From positions 61,338-125,337 of the forward strand of contig JBCNVM010000003.1 of assembly GCA_039630085.1 (NCBI GenBank): DNA of 64,000 bases, written 5' to 3'. Numbering within the stretch: position 1 is the first letter of the stretch; every line of letters starts with the position of its first letter. Below the pieces are notes generated by a model, which was not told where the DNA came from, ran no database searches, and was given only the letters and a program-made list of their open reading frames with translations. The position numbers were made by a program, and so were the translations under genes. Below are positions 1 to 7,996 of this stretch, piece after piece. This DNA is from Candidatus Caldarchaeales archaeon. Lineage in GTDB: Archaea > Thermoproteota > Nitrososphaeria_A > Caldarchaeales > Calditenuaceae.

Positions 1-29
1 AGCGCGGGCGCCCGGCAAAGATTTCCGAA

Positions 30-719
30 ATGGAACTAGGAGACATCGTCAGGACCGCGGTGCCGGCCCTGTTGTCGGCTCTGTTGATCTTGGGTGCGGT
101 CGTCCTTTTCCCCGGACTGATACCGGGGACATACAGGGTCACGACCGCGACCGCCCCGATCCCCGTCTTCATTACGCGGTTCGTGAACCTCACGACGACC
201 CTCACAACCGCCTACCTCGTCGACTCCCGGGGACCTGTCTGGGAGCCCGTGTTCCTGGACCTCTCGGATAAGCCCGCGGAGGGGACGATAACCGTCCTCA
301 ACAGGACGCTGACCAAGGAGAGGCCGGCCTTCGCGATTGTCTTCATAGCCGCCGCGCCCCGCGGTTATGAGTTCGCAAGCACGGTCAACGGCTTCGTATA
401 CAGGCTCGAGGCTAGGGTTGCAAACAAACTAACGGCCGTCGTCGCGGAGGCAGCGCCGCCCGTCATCCCGGGGGTCAACCGCGAAAACTTCAGAGACCTG
501 CTGATGGAGAGGGCGTTCTCGCCCGTAAACGTCCTGCCGTTCCAGAACCCGAGGAGGACCGAGATCTCGCCGGGGCCCTTCGTCCTCCAGAAGGAGCGCG
601 GAGCCTACTCGCCGTACCCGTGGCTCGCGATATGGCCGATTTCGGTCCACTTCCATGGCATCGAGAGGGACGTCCGGGTGACGGTCACGCTCTCCTATAG
701 CTTGGTCGGGGCGAAGTGA
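30..719 (+). CDS. Hypothetical N-terminally membrane-anchored protein, translationally coupled to the E1 gene
   Basis: Hydrophobic N-terminus (AVPALLSALLILGAVVLFPGLI); N-x-T sequons NLT and NRT; stop overlaps the E1 start (GTGA at 716-719). Confidence 0.6.
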   Translation: MELGDIVRTAVPALLSALLILGAVVLFPGLIPGTYRVTTATAPIPVFITRFVNLTTTLTTAYLVDSRGPVWEPVFLDLSDKPAEGTITVLNRTLTKERPAFAIVFIAAAPRGYEFASTVNGFVYRLEARVANKLTAVVAEAAPPVIPGVNRENFRDLLMERAFSPVNVLPFQNPRRTEISPGPFVLQKERGAYSPYPWLAIWPISVHFHGIERDVRVTVTLSYSLVGAK

Positions 720-1558
720 CGCAGAAGCTCGCTCGGCGGACGCGGGTCTTCGAAGTCTTCAGGATGGACGAGGACCGCTACGAACGACAGAGGAGGTTAT
801 GGGACCAGAGGAAGATATCGTCCCTGAGAGTCTTGGTGGGAGGTGCCGGGGCTCTCGGGAACGAGGTCGTAAAGAACCTAGTCCAGATCGGCGTGAAGAG
901 AGTCTACGTGGTCGATTTCGACAGGGTCGTCCACTCGAACCTGAACAGGTGCCTGTTCTTCAGAAAGAGCGACGCGACTAAAAGGGCGAAGAAGGTCGAC
1001 GCGCTGGCGAAAAGGGCCTCGGACCTCAACCCTGATGTGGAGGTCGTACCGATCTTCGGGGACATCCGCGACCTCCCGGGCGACGTGATCAAGGACGTCG
1101 ACATGGCCCTCGGAGCCTTCGACAACATCTTCGCCAGACTCGTCCTCAACGCGATGTGCTACTCCAACGGTAAGCCCCTAATCGACGGCGGAATGGAAGG
1201 GACGCTCGGAACTGTTCAGGTGGTCCTCCCTCCCGAGAGCCCCTGCGTGGAGTGCGGGATGAGCGAGCTGGACCTCGAGCACATGTGGGAGAGGATCTCC
1301 TGTAGCGGCGACGTTGTCGTCGAGGAGGGCCCGAAGTTGCCCTACATCCCGATGACCGGCGCGCTCGTCGGCGCGCTTCAGGTCATGGAGACAGTCAAGA
1401 TAGCCCTCGGCTTCGAGTCCTATAGGTCCTCCGGGAGGTGGAACGAGTCGGTCGGAGAGCCACTCGTCGGCAAGTCCCTCCTGATCGACCTGAGGTCTAA
1501 CCTCGGCTACACCTACGACCTCCACAAGAGGAGCGACTGCAACGTCTGCGCCCTCTGA
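716..1558 (+). CDS. E1-like ubiquitin-activating enzyme (ThiF/MoeB/UBA family)
   Basis: RYERQ N-terminal motif, GGAGALG nucleotide loop, DFDRVVHSNLNR, Zn pairs CVEC and CNVC, candidate catalytic Cys in ERISCSG. The start could be ATG 764. Confidence 0.92.
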   Translation: MTQKLARRTRVFEVFRMDEDRYERQRRLWDQRKISSLRVLVGGAGALGNEVVKNLVQIGVKRVYVVDFDRVVHSNLNRCLFFRKSDATKRAKKVDALAKRASDLNPDVEVVPIFGDIRDLPGDVIKDVDMALGAFDNIFARLVLNAMCYSNGKPLIDGGMEGTLGTVQVVLPPESPCVECGMSELDLEHMWERISCSGDVVVEEGPKLPYIPMTGALVGALQVMETVKIALGFESYRSSGRWNESVGEPLVGKSLLIDLRSNLGYTYDLHKRSDCNVCAL

Positions 1559-1614
1559 TAGAACGGTCTCAGCGCATGAACCTCTCGCTCGTTTCTCCTC
1601 GCGCTCAGCGACAA

Positions 1615-1623
1615 TTTTAATAA
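1615..1623 (+). promoter_or_regulatory. Probable TATA box of the pilin gene (likely leaderless transcript)
   Basis: TTTTAATAA in GC-rich surroundings, about 25-33 nt upstream of ATG 1648. Confidence 0.6.
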
Positions 1624-1647
1624 GCGCCGGGGATTTTGTATTCACGC

Positions 1648-2061
1648 ATGATGGAAAGGAGGTCGAGGGCGGGTCTTAGCGAGGCGGTGACCGCGATTCT
1701 GCTGGTGGTGATTGGGATCGCGATGGCACTCATGATCTGGCAGTTCTTCACACCACGGCCGACGGAGGAGCTGAGGATCGGACCAATCGACGTCTCCGGA
1801 GGGGTTGTCGTCTTCACCGCGCAGAACATAGGGAGCGTGGACGCGGAGATAATTGGAGTCGCCTGCTACACCGCAGGGCAACCTCCGGCGGCCGGGGGTG
1901 CGGTGACGCCGCTGGGCGGTGCGGACACCAAGCTCCAGCAAGGCGAATCGAGTACCTTCTCGGGGAGCTGCGCAGGCGCGGAGCCGGGCAAGCCGATCAA
2001 CGTGATGGTCTACACCAAGAACAAGGCCTACGGGCCCTTCACGGTCATCGTCAGGTCGTGA
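1648..2061 (+). CDS. Archaeal type IV pilin (candidate major pilin)
   Basis: Class III signal peptide RRSRAG|LSEAVTAILLVVIGIAMALMIW; small beta-rich body with two Cys; own TATA box and T-tract. Confidence 0.85.
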   Translation: MMERRSRAGLSEAVTAILLVVIGIAMALMIWQFFTPRPTEELRIGPIDVSGGVVVFTAQNIGSVDAEIIGVACYTAGQPPAAGGAVTPLGGADTKLQQGESSTFSGSCAGAEPGKPINVMVYTKNKAYGPFTVIVRS

Positions 2062-2092
2062 GTCTGAGTCCGCCTCCTCAACGCGACCGGCC

Positions 2093-2106
2093 TTTTTCCT
2101 TTTTCT
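2093..2106 (+). terminator. Oligo-T terminator after the pilin gene
   Basis: TTTTTCCTTTTTCT about 30 nt after the stop. Confidence 0.55.
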
Positions 2107-2189
2107 GTTCCAAGCTCCAGCGGGACCGTGTTCTTCGATTGACATGAAACACATATATCATACCGCCACCAAGTGAGCTCGAATCCGAC

Positions 2190-3008
2190 ATGATCATTAC
2201 CGTGAACGAGTTGACTACTAAGAGGAGCGTCAGGCTGGAAGTAGAACCTGGCCACACGGTGAGGGCGGTCGTCGAGGAGGTGATGAAGGCGCTGAAGGTT
2301 CCGCCGCAGACGACCTATAGGCTGGTGTTGGGCGGGAAGGAGATCGGGCCGGAACTCTTCGACAAGACGCTGGGCGAGCTCGGCATTTCGGACGGCGCGG
2401 TGATGGACCTCGTCCCGAGGCCCGTCGGCGGGTCGACCCTCCTGCCTAGGGACAAGTTCCTGAAGAGGCTGGAGAGGGAGGAGGAGGACCTGAGGAGCAG
2501 CGGTTTCCCTTTCACCAGACAGGACGTCTGGAGGCCTATGAGCTTCCCTATGGTGTACAGCGCTGGCTACGAGATGGTCAACGTGGCGGTGAGGTACACT
2601 GTCTCCTTCAGGGCTAGGGGGTTCGTCCTAACGAAGAGGGGAATCGAAGAGCAGTGGGACCACTCGGCGAGCCTCTACGTCCTCGACTACTATCCCTACA
2701 TGGACCCTAAGAAGGGCGCACCGATGAGGATATTCTGGGAGAGCGACATCTTCCACCCCAACATCTGTCCCGGCCCCCGCTTCAACGGGAACGGACTCGT
2801 CTGCTGGAAGATGATCAAGGAGTGGGGGAAGACCTTCTCGCTCGCGACGCTGGTGAGGGGGCTTCAGCTCCTAGTCGAGAACCCGAACCCGGATGACCCG
2901 CTGAGCAAGATACCCATCTGCATGCAGGCAGCGTCCTTCTTCAAGGAGAACCCACACCTCACAGGCACCTACAGGCCTGAGACCGGGAGCAAGCCAAGAG
3001 TCATCTGA
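2190..3008 (+). CDS. Ubiquitin-like domain (aa 1-81, ending PVGG) fused to an E2/UBC conjugating domain
   Basis: Beta-grasp pattern (LEVEPGHTV...RLVLGGKEI...DKTLGELGISDGAVMDLV..GG); E2 helix 1 KRLEREEEDL; IFHPNI; catalytic Cys205 in GLVCW; W after the Cys; PNPDDPL. Confidence 0.88.
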   Translation: MIITVNELTTKRSVRLEVEPGHTVRAVVEEVMKALKVPPQTTYRLVLGGKEIGPELFDKTLGELGISDGAVMDLVPRPVGGSTLLPRDKFLKRLEREEEDLRSSGFPFTRQDVWRPMSFPMVYSAGYEMVNVAVRYTVSFRARGFVLTKRGIEEQWDHSASLYVLDYYPYMDPKKGAPMRIFWESDIFHPNICPGPRFNGNGLVCWKMIKEWGKTFSLATLVRGLQLLVENPNPDDPLSKIPICMQAASFFKENPHLTGTYRPETGSKPRVI

Positions 3009-3021
3009 TAGGTGCGAAATC

Positions 3022-3513
3022 TTGAGGGGAGAGGAGACCGAAGTTCTCCCCGTCTACATCGAGCTGGAAGCCCTCGTCGAGGCCGTCAGGCATTGCAGGG
3101 AGGGGCTGCCCTACGAGGTCATCGGTTTCTTAGTCGGCGAGCGGCTGAAGTGGAAGGACAAGCTCTACGTCTTCGTCACCGACAGCGTTAGGGGCAGGTC
3201 GGTCTCCACCCGCACCCACGTTGAGTTCGACCGAGACGCGCTCGCGGAGGTCGCGGGGCTCATCAGAAGGGGGCACCCGGAGTCGGAGATCGTGGGCTGG
3301 TACCACTCTCATCCGGGATACGGCTGCTTCATGTCCCCGACGGACATTCGCTCCCACGTGACCTCCTTCCCCTATCCCCATCAGGTCGCGCTGGTCATCG
3401 ACCCGGTAAGAGGGGAGGCCACGTTCTTCAAGGTCGACGAGGACGGGGACTACCGTTCTGTCCCTTCGGCGGTGGTGAGGAGGTCCCGTGGTCAGGATCG
3501 TCGAGGTGCGTGA
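3022..3513 (+). CDS. JAB/MPN+ (JAMM) metalloprotease, Rpn11-like deubiquitinase
   Basis: EVIGFLVG and IVGWYHSHPGYGCFMSPTD give the complete JAMM motif E..HxH..S..D; TTG start. Confidence 0.92.
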   Translation: MRGEETEVLPVYIELEALVEAVRHCREGLPYEVIGFLVGERLKWKDKLYVFVTDSVRGRSVSTRTHVEFDRDALAEVAGLIRRGHPESEIVGWYHSHPGYGCFMSPTDIRSHVTSFPYPHQVALVIDPVRGEATFFKVDEDGDYRSVPSAVVRRSRGQDRRGA

Positions 3514-3655
3514 GAGGGACGTCAGGGAAGCTCCGCCCCCCGTGGACGGGGAATACGAGCTCGTTGCGGTCGACTCGGAGGGAGTCGGCTACGATCTTTC
3601 GGACCTCTTGATCCTGTTGAAGCGTGGAGCCAGCGGGAGCCGGACGGAGGTCTAG
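3488..3655 (+). CDS. Small 55-aa hypothetical protein, absent from the ORF track
   Basis: GTG 3488 to TAG 3655, MVRIVEVRERDVREAPPPVDGEYELVAVDSEGVGYDLSDLLILLKRGASGSRTEV; GAGGAGGT just upstream; fills the gap after JAB. Confidence 0.5.
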   Translation: MVRIVEVRERDVREAPPPVDGEYELVAVDSEGVGYDLSDLLILLKRGASGSRTEV

Positions 3656-3659
3656 GAGG

Positions 3660-4439
3660 TCAGGGGCCCCGTCCTTCCGCGCCCTTTCGAGATATCGCCG
3701 CGACGGCAGCCTTCGACTCGTGCAGAGCCTTCGCAAGGACGCGCTCCCTCGGGCCGAGCCTCGTCCCCAGCGCGCTCAGGGCGAATTCGATCTCCGAGGT
3801 GACCAGCCTCGCGACCTCTTCGATCAGTGGCTTGAGGGAGCTCGCGCCCGACTCGTACTCCCTGAGGAGGACCGCCAAGTCGGCGCCGACGTAGAGGGCC
3901 CTGTAGATCGACCTGTCGAGCCTCCTGTAGAGCTTCCTGGAGAGCCTGATCAGCCTCAGCTCCCAGAAGGCGAGGTCCAGCAGCGCCCGAGCCTCCTGTT
4001 CCTTACCGAGGGACTTCAGTATCCCGAAGGACGCGACCGTGCCGACGAACGCCCTGTAGAGCCTGCCGGCCTCTGTGACCGTGAGGGGGATCAACTTGCT
4101 GTTGAGCATGAACGCGACCTGCGCCTCGTCCTTCAGCGTGAGGACCCTCTTCGCCTCCTCACCGATCGCCTTGGCCAACTCCTCCCTGCTCTGCTGGGCT
4201 GCCAGCACCGACGACGACCGCTCTCTGACGTCCGTCCACGACTTGCTCATGGCGAGCATCTTATCGAGGAGCGCCCCTATCGAGGACTCCCCTATCAGCG
4301 GTGCCTCGGAGACGTAAAGAACGGTCGGAGGCGGTAGGACGTATTGCTTCACCTCTAGGACCTTGGGCCTGCCTCTCCTCAGCAACTCCCTTCCCCTTCG
4401 GACGAAGAAGGAGCCCGGCCAAAGCCTACCACGACTCAT
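3660..4439 (-). CDS. Hypothetical helical cytoplasmic protein, last gene of a pilin-like operon
   Basis: 259 aa, Leu/Ala/Arg/Glu-rich helices; start overlaps the upstream stop (4436-4439). Confidence 0.6.
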   Translation of the reverse strand: MSRGRLWPGSFFVRRGRELLRRGRPKVLEVKQYVLPPPTVLYVSEAPLIGESSIGALLDKMLAMSKSWTDVRERSSSVLAAQQSREELAKAIGEEAKRVLTLKDEAQVAFMLNSKLIPLTVTEAGRLYRAFVGTVASFGILKSLGKEQEARALLDLAFWELRLIRLSRKLYRRLDRSIYRALYVGADLAVLLREYESGASSLKPLIEEVARLVTSEIEFALSALGTRLGPRERVLAKALHESKAAVAAISRKGAEGRGP

Positions 4440-4909
4440 CCCCTACTCACGGCCAGGATTCCGACCCTGTCTGAGGAACAGGTCAGCCTCGCAGTCCACG
4501 CGGAGAACGACCTGGTCGAGTCGTAAGCGCCCCACACGACCGAGAAGAGCCTGTGGCCGATCACGACGGTACCGTCGGAGTTCCTGACCAGCTTGACGAC
4601 CGTGAAGTTCACGGAGACGCCCGGCGGAGCAGCCGACGCGATGATGGCGAGGGCCTCGTCGACGGGGACGCCGTCCTCCCGGCACACCAAGGCCTCCATC
4701 TGACCACGCTCGGTCAGAGTCGCGACCATCTTGTTGGCGAGCTCCTCGAGGTCGTTCCTCTGCTCCGAGATCGAGACGGTCTTTATGGAGACGATCTGAT
4801 AGAAGAGCACGACCCCCAAGACGACGATGAGCGAGGCCAGAATCGCCTCGACGGTCCAAACCATCCCGAGACGCCTCGAGCCCCTCGACCTCAAGACGGA
4901 CCACCCCAC
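4436..4909 (-). CDS. Minor pilin-like protein
   Basis: Basic leader and RRLG|MVWTVEAILASLIVVLGVVLF, a class III-like signal peptide. Confidence 0.65.
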   Translation of the reverse strand: MGWSVLRSRGSRRLGMVWTVEAILASLIVVLGVVLFYQIVSIKTVSISEQRNDLEELANKMVATLTERGQMEALVCREDGVPVDEALAIIASAAPPGVSVNFTVVKLVRNSDGTVVIGHRLFSVVWGAYDSTRSFSAWTARLTCSSDRVGILAVSRG

Positions 4910-5631
4910 CAGGCCCAGACCTCCACGCTCAGGGTAATTCCGTTCTCTGTTACGGTCGTCTCCGAAAGGTACACTGCGTCGGGTGGTATAGAGACCCTAG
5001 ACGGCTCGACGAACCGGCCCTTTACGAACGCAACCACCAAGTCGGGATACACTGCCGGCACGACGTGATACGAGGAATCCGTGAAGACCACAACCGGCGA
5101 CTCGAAGACGAAAGGCACGATTTCGTAACCTGACTCAACTACCGTCGACCCGCCGTAATGGCAGAGGCTCGCACTTTCAGAGACCCGTATGGTACCGTCC
5201 TCACCGTAGTTCACGAGGTCGGGGTCGAGCCGTAGACCACTCACGTGAACGCCGTATCTCGTCACCACTATCGCGCCCCTGCCTTCGGCGGTGCAGGTCG
5301 TGTAATCGGACGGGAACGAGAGGGCAACCCCAGGGCCCGACTGAACGATCCTCTGCGTGAACGAGACCTTGGCGACGAAGTCGACCCTGACTCCCCTGAA
5401 GTCGTGGGACGGAGCTACCACGTAGAGCGGGTTCAGGAGGTAGGCCTCCCTTGAAGACCTAGAGACGAGCGACTTGATGAGGTTGAGGGCTGCCCTCGAC
5501 TCGGCGCGGACCATCGCGTCCTCGGTGAAGGAGAGATAACTCGAGGCGCCGGAGAGCGCGGAGAAGACCAGCAAGCCGGCGATTAGCGAGAAGATAGAAA
5601 CTCCTATGGCCGCGTCGACCACCGCCTCCAT
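4891..5631 (-). CDS. Membrane-anchored pilin-like or accessory protein
   Basis: N-terminal hydrophobic helix VVDAAIGVSIFSLIAGLLVF resembles a mature minor-pilin N-terminus; beta-rich body. Confidence 0.55.
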   Translation of the reverse strand: MEAVVDAAIGVSIFSLIAGLLVFSALSGASSYLSFTEDAMVRAESRAALNLIKSLVSRSSREAYLLNPLYVVAPSHDFRGVRVDFVAKVSFTQRIVQSGPGVALSFPSDYTTCTAEGRGAIVVTRYGVHVSGLRLDPDLVNYGEDGTIRVSESASLCHYGGSTVVESGYEIVPFVFESPVVVFTDSSYHVVPAVYPDLVVAFVKGRFVEPSRVSIPPDAVYLSETTVTENGITLSVEVWAWWGGPS

Positions 5632-5727
5632 TCTTGTCTTAACACCGATCGCCAGCAGATAAGTGTATACGCTGGCGCGAGCGCGAGAACGCGGACCCGG
5701 GAGAACGTTTTATTACGTATAGTACCG

Positions 5728-6045
5728 ATGAGCGTCGGATTGGAAGACCTGCTCAGGAGGCTGAGGCTTGAGATAGTCGGCGACTTCAGGCAGTACCTGA
5801 ACAAGCTCGAGCGGACTGGGGACGGCTCCTGGGAGGTGGTTCTGACCGAGAAGGCGGAGGCCTTCGCGGGGACGATGGAGTGCCCGGTCGACAGGGAGAA
5901 GGTGCGGATCGAGGACGCCGTTCTGTGCCCCATCTGTTACACGCCTTACCACGTCGATTGCGCCCAGATCCTCGCCAGCAGGTCGGAGAAGTGCTGGAAG
6001 TGCGAGCGGTTCGACAGGTTCGACCTGCTTCTGAAGGGGAGGTGA
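5728..6045 (+). CDS. Small RING-finger-like protein (candidate E3 ligase)
   Basis: CPVD-x11-CPIC-x4-H-x2-C-x10-CWKC: eight-ligand cross-brace spacing with Asp at ligand 2; close to E1, E2 and JAB. Confidence 0.72.
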   Translation: MSVGLEDLLRRLRLEIVGDFRQYLNKLERTGDGSWEVVLTEKAEAFAGTMECPVDREKVRIEDAVLCPICYTPYHVDCAQILASRSEKCWKCERFDRFDLLLKGR

Positions 6046-6048
6046 TGA

Positions 6049-6909
6049 ATGATGGGCCTTGAGCACGAGGCGAGCCGCCGGGTCCTGATCACCCTGCTGA
6101 CGGACCCGCACAGGTCAGGCAGGACGATCTACTTCGACCCCGACGTGCTCTCGGCGAGACTAGGCGGCCAAGCGTGGGACCACCTCGAGGCGATGATCCA
6201 GCTGGGCGAGAGGGGGCTCATCAGGTTCCACCACGCGAGGGAGGTGGAGCTGCTGTTCAGGTTCATGCGCGCGAGGGCGAGGCTCGAGCACGTGGCAGGG
6301 CTAAGGGACTTAGAGGAGGTCGCCGCCGAGCTAAGGAAGGTCAGGATCCTCGAAAGGGTCGTCGGGAAGGACCTCGAGGTGATCAGGGATCCGAGGGTGT
6401 CCGACCACCTGGATGCGCTTCGGGCACTCTCGGTCCAGCTCGGCAAGCTGCTGAAGCTCCTCGAGGGGAAGAAACTGGTGAGCAGGGAGGTCTACGAGAG
6501 GGTGGCCGCATCGGTGCTGTCCGAGACGGCGAACGTCGTTCAGTCCACGGAGCAAGTCCTCTCCTCTCTCCGCGCGGCCCTCGCCGAACTCGTGGAGGTG
6601 ATGAACGTCTTGGTTCAGGAGCGGGCGAGGATATCGGGACTCCGCGATAGGCTCGGCTTCAACCTCGAGGAGCTCGACTTAGTGTTGAACTCCTACCTGT
6701 CGGGCATTGAGGAGTTCAAGCGCCTCCTCCAGCAGGTCGATCGACTGTTGAGGAGTGCCTTCCCGAACTGGGACGATGTAATAGGTTCCGCTCAAAGGGT
6801 CATCTCTGAGTTCGCGCAAAAGGCGCCTTTCGTTGATGCGGTCCTCAAACAGATAACTGCCATAAACGTTATGTTAAGTTCAGGAATCCAGACTGAACTT
6901 GGCCGATGA
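6049..6909 (+). CDS. Coiled-coil protein with possible N-terminal winged helix and a CdvA/SHOCT-like motif
   Basis: N-terminal ..LSARLG..EAMIQLGERGLIRF; LLEGKKLVSREVYERV; long heptad helices; 3 nt after the RING gene. Confidence 0.55.
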   Translation: MMGLEHEASRRVLITLLTDPHRSGRTIYFDPDVLSARLGGQAWDHLEAMIQLGERGLIRFHHAREVELLFRFMRARARLEHVAGLRDLEEVAAELRKVRILERVVGKDLEVIRDPRVSDHLDALRALSVQLGKLLKLLEGKKLVSREVYERVAASVLSETANVVQSTEQVLSSLRAALAELVEVMNVLVQERARISGLRDRLGFNLEELDLVLNSYLSGIEEFKRLLQQVDRLLRSAFPNWDDVIGSAQRVISEFAQKAPFVDAVLKQITAINVMLSSGIQTELGR

Positions 6910-7939
6910 GGAACTTCACCCTTTTGACCTCCTCGGTGACCCTCTCGAGGACCTTGAGAGCCCGTTGGAGCCTCTCGATGGAACCGTTTAAGAAATTAAG
7001 GTTGAGGTCGGAGCCAACCCTCAGCAGGCTTCTCATGGCATCGAGCTGCTCGCGCAACCTCTCGACGCTCCTCTCGAGGACCTCAACATCGGTCTTACGT
7101 CTCCGCTTGAGCTCAGAGGCCTTCCTAGTCAACTCTTGGTAGAGGAAGTCGTACTCCTCTTGGCTGATCTCGCCGATGACGAGCCTCGCCTTGAGGAGCT
7201 CGAACTCGGACTTCAGCTCGGCGGGCAAGTCCTCCTGACCCTCGTCCTCGAGGAACTGCTTCGCGAACGACTCGAGGACCTCCTCGATCACCTCGTCTGA
7301 CCAAGAAGCTGTCTCTGAGAGCTGCTCTGGACGAAGGTCGCCGATGGTAGTCCTCAGCAGGTCCTCCTCGAGCTTCTCCCTTACCCTCGAGACGGTCTCC
7401 AACGCCTCGCTCCCCAGACCCTTCGACCCCTCGAGCATCACTATCGACTCTTCGACCTCCCTCAGCGCCCCCAGCAGGTCCTCAATCACCACAGGGTTCC
7501 TGTCCTTGGATCCGAGATAGTTGATCAGCGAGGAGATGAGCAGCGACCTCCTCCTTAGCAGGACGCCCATGAGGCTCGGCGAGGGCGGGACTTCATCGAG
7601 CGACGACCCGGGGATCGAAAGCACCAGCTCCGCCATGACCCTCCTGACGCTCTCGTACTCGTACTCGGCGACCTTCCCGGACATGAATCCGTAATCGAGC
7701 AGCCGAATCGCTTGGACCAGCATTCCCTTGGCCTCATCGAAGTCGGGGACTCCCGCGACGGTGACCAGACCCAAGGACTGCAACCTGATCAGCCCCATCA
7801 AGACCTTCAGTTCATCGAGCCTGACGGCCTCCGCGGCCCCCTTGAGGTCCACACGGACTCTTCCGCCCTTCCTCGGTAGCGAGGTCAGATACTGGATCAG
7901 CCTCACGTCCTCTTCCCTTACGCTCAACCCGCAGCTCAC
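6869..7939 (-). CDS. Coiled-coil protein with N-terminal winged helix and repeated CdvA/SHOCT-like motifs
   Basis: LKGAAEAVRLDELKVLMGLIRLQSLGLVTV (wHTH-like); MSGKVAEYEY and RLVIGEISQEEY; heptad C-terminus. Confidence 0.55.
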   Translation of the reverse strand: MSCGLSVREEDVRLIQYLTSLPRKGGRVRVDLKGAAEAVRLDELKVLMGLIRLQSLGLVTVAGVPDFDEAKGMLVQAIRLLDYGFMSGKVAEYEYESVRRVMAELVLSIPGSSLDEVPPSPSLMGVLLRRRSLLISSLINYLGSKDRNPVVIEDLLGALREVEESIVMLEGSKGLGSEALETVSRVREKLEEDLLRTTIGDLRPEQLSETASWSDEVIEEVLESFAKQFLEDEGQEDLPAELKSEFELLKARLVIGEISQEEYDFLYQELTRKASELKRRRKTDVEVLERSVERLREQLDAMRSLLRVGSDLNLNFLNGSIERLQRALKVLERVTEEVKRVKFLIGQVQSGFLNLT

Positions 7940-7996
7940 GTGACGTGCTGAATAAAATCCGTTCGCGTGACCTTTGGGGCGACGGTGTCGCTCGCG

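Noticed and set aside
716-1558. Ordinary MoeB/ThiF cofactor-biosynthesis enzyme
   Set aside because: Context is E2, JAB and RING with no Moco or thiamine genes; a dual role cannot be excluded.
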